A stretch of DNA of 64,000 nt from Pocillopora damicornis (Eukaryota): the NCBI RefSeq assembly GCF_003704095.1, contig NW_020846178.1, positions 62,001-126,000 of the forward strand. The letters are read 5' to 3'. A program made the translations under genes and the position numbers. Shown here piece by piece: positions 62,417 through 64,000 of this stretch; within the stretch, counting starts at the first letter, position 1; each line of letters starts with the position of its first letter. Below the pieces are notes generated by a model. The model did not search any database, was not told where the DNA came from, and saw only the letters and a list, made by a program, of their open reading frames with translations.

Positions 62417-64000
62417 ATTAAGTAAGTTTAAGTAATTTGAGTCACTGACTAAGTCGAATCACGAAGACTTGCAAGCCACTATGAAAAGGCGCAAAATAGA
62501 ACTTTATAAAAAAAAACCCTACACACCAACATTTGGCAGATGACGGGACTCCTCGAGTTTGTGATAATTGTTCAAAACCTATCAACCAGATGTTCATGAC
62601 GGAGTCACTTTTGGAAATAATAAGAAATAGTAATAGAAAGAAATAATAATAACTTACTCTTTCGCTTTTTTAGATGCATCGCAACTCTTGAATAAAAAAT
62701 AGTTCGTGTGCACTTTCCGTGGAATAATCTCACAAGTGCCTATCCTTTTTTTCTTCTCACTCGTTAGTTTTCATTTACATTTCTTTTGCTATTCATGATT
62801 CCAGCGCACGAAATTCTCTTAGCCTAACTCCTTATGTTTCGCACTGATTTTCTCTACTTCCTCCTCTTTGAACGTCTGCCTCTCAGAGTCTACAATTGCG
62901 TTCTAGTATGGATTGCAAGGTAATAATATAATTACAATATTCTTTCAAGCCATAAAATATAATCGTTTATTAAATGTAGTTATAGAATACACACTGAGTT
63001 ACTAATTTTATTTTACTAATGAATGTAGACAAGAGAATAATTTTTTGAAGCGGAACTGCCATTTTTTCATTCAACACAGAAGTATAATAAACTCAACTTG
63101 AGCTCTCTATTTTGAAGGCGTTGAAAACCATATTTATGGTGCTTCACCTTGGATCATTACATTATGACCTTAGGGGAAATGATCAGCTAATTACTTAATT
63201 ATTAAAATTCAGAGGTGTCAACATCTATTGGAAGTCAACCCATCTAGCGGTGATACTCATTTTCGGAGTGCAAAAGCACATCTCGCAAATGGCAAATAAA
63301 TCATGAACACTTAATTACGTTTTCTTATCTCAAGTAAAACTTCATTAAAACGCGCTTTACTTAAAAATCGCAACTCTGGTAGAGAAATCTGTTCTATACG
63401 GGCATGACATTTGGCGCCTAGTTTCAGCCATAAATATATTTTTTAATGCCATCAATTAAATTTCGGTTCTCGTACATTTACAAATAATTTTAAAATATTT
63501 CCTCTATCTACTTCAGAGTACAATGAAATATTGTTATGTTTGCCTGAATTTTCAAAAAACATACCCGCTGACATTTATATAAGGTTTCTTCCAAAGGCTC
63601 AGAGATGGGCAGGGTAAAAACTTAGGGTTTGATTCTCAGTAAAGGGAACTTTTAGTAGACATCATCAGTCGCTCTTTATCGTAGACTGTCCCAGTTGGTG
63701 AGGGGAAATTGATTTTTACCAAGCACGGGGTAGAGGACGAGGATTCAGTTGACATTGGACTTTAAGACTGTTGTCCTAATGGGTATGATTTTTGAAAATA
63801 AAGTAAGATATTTAGGGCTTATTATCACTCAAAGCGCATTGCGCGACTTTCAAACGTTTTCACATGGTAAAAAATATTTTCTGGGGATAATTTAATCAAT
63901 AATTATGACCTTTTTTCGGGAAAATAATTTTTCAAAGCAAAAATACGAACGCCCAGGAAACTTTGAGGGAAGATGCGCTTTTAAATTCCGCTTTACTTTC

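Overview
Eukaryotic, AT-rich, intron-containing genomic DNA with four assembly gaps (9767-9834, 17071-17170, 23428-23527, 32429-32709). The interspersed repeats resemble those I associate with stony corals (Cnidaria, Scleractinia); this is inference. The window is dominated by a tandem birth-and-death array of 3-exon GRDP-like genes (glycine-rich domain protein, DUF1399). Each encodes twin D-x3-WHxH-x-L-x-P-xx-Y motifs, a short collagen-like (Gly-X-Y)9-10 insert and a hypervariable (Gly-Gly-Cys)n C-terminal tail. There is one clearly intact divergent gene (55592-59539, 764 aa). Two probably intact genes are split by an apparently mis-oriented contig (17171-23427). Four copies are pseudogenes or fragments, and one cassette has lost its gene by deletion. 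Inserted in a duplicated flank (about 46.5-51.3 kb) is a decayed DNA transposon-like element. It carries a RAG1/Transib-type DDE-zinc transposase on the + strand and, tail-to-tail with it, a spliced chromodomain gene on the - strand that the ORF track misses. Several MITEs (two confirmed by empty sites in paralogous copies), a two-subtype minisatellite and degenerate minimal hammerhead-like motifs are also present. No rRNA, tRNA or CRISPR array was found.
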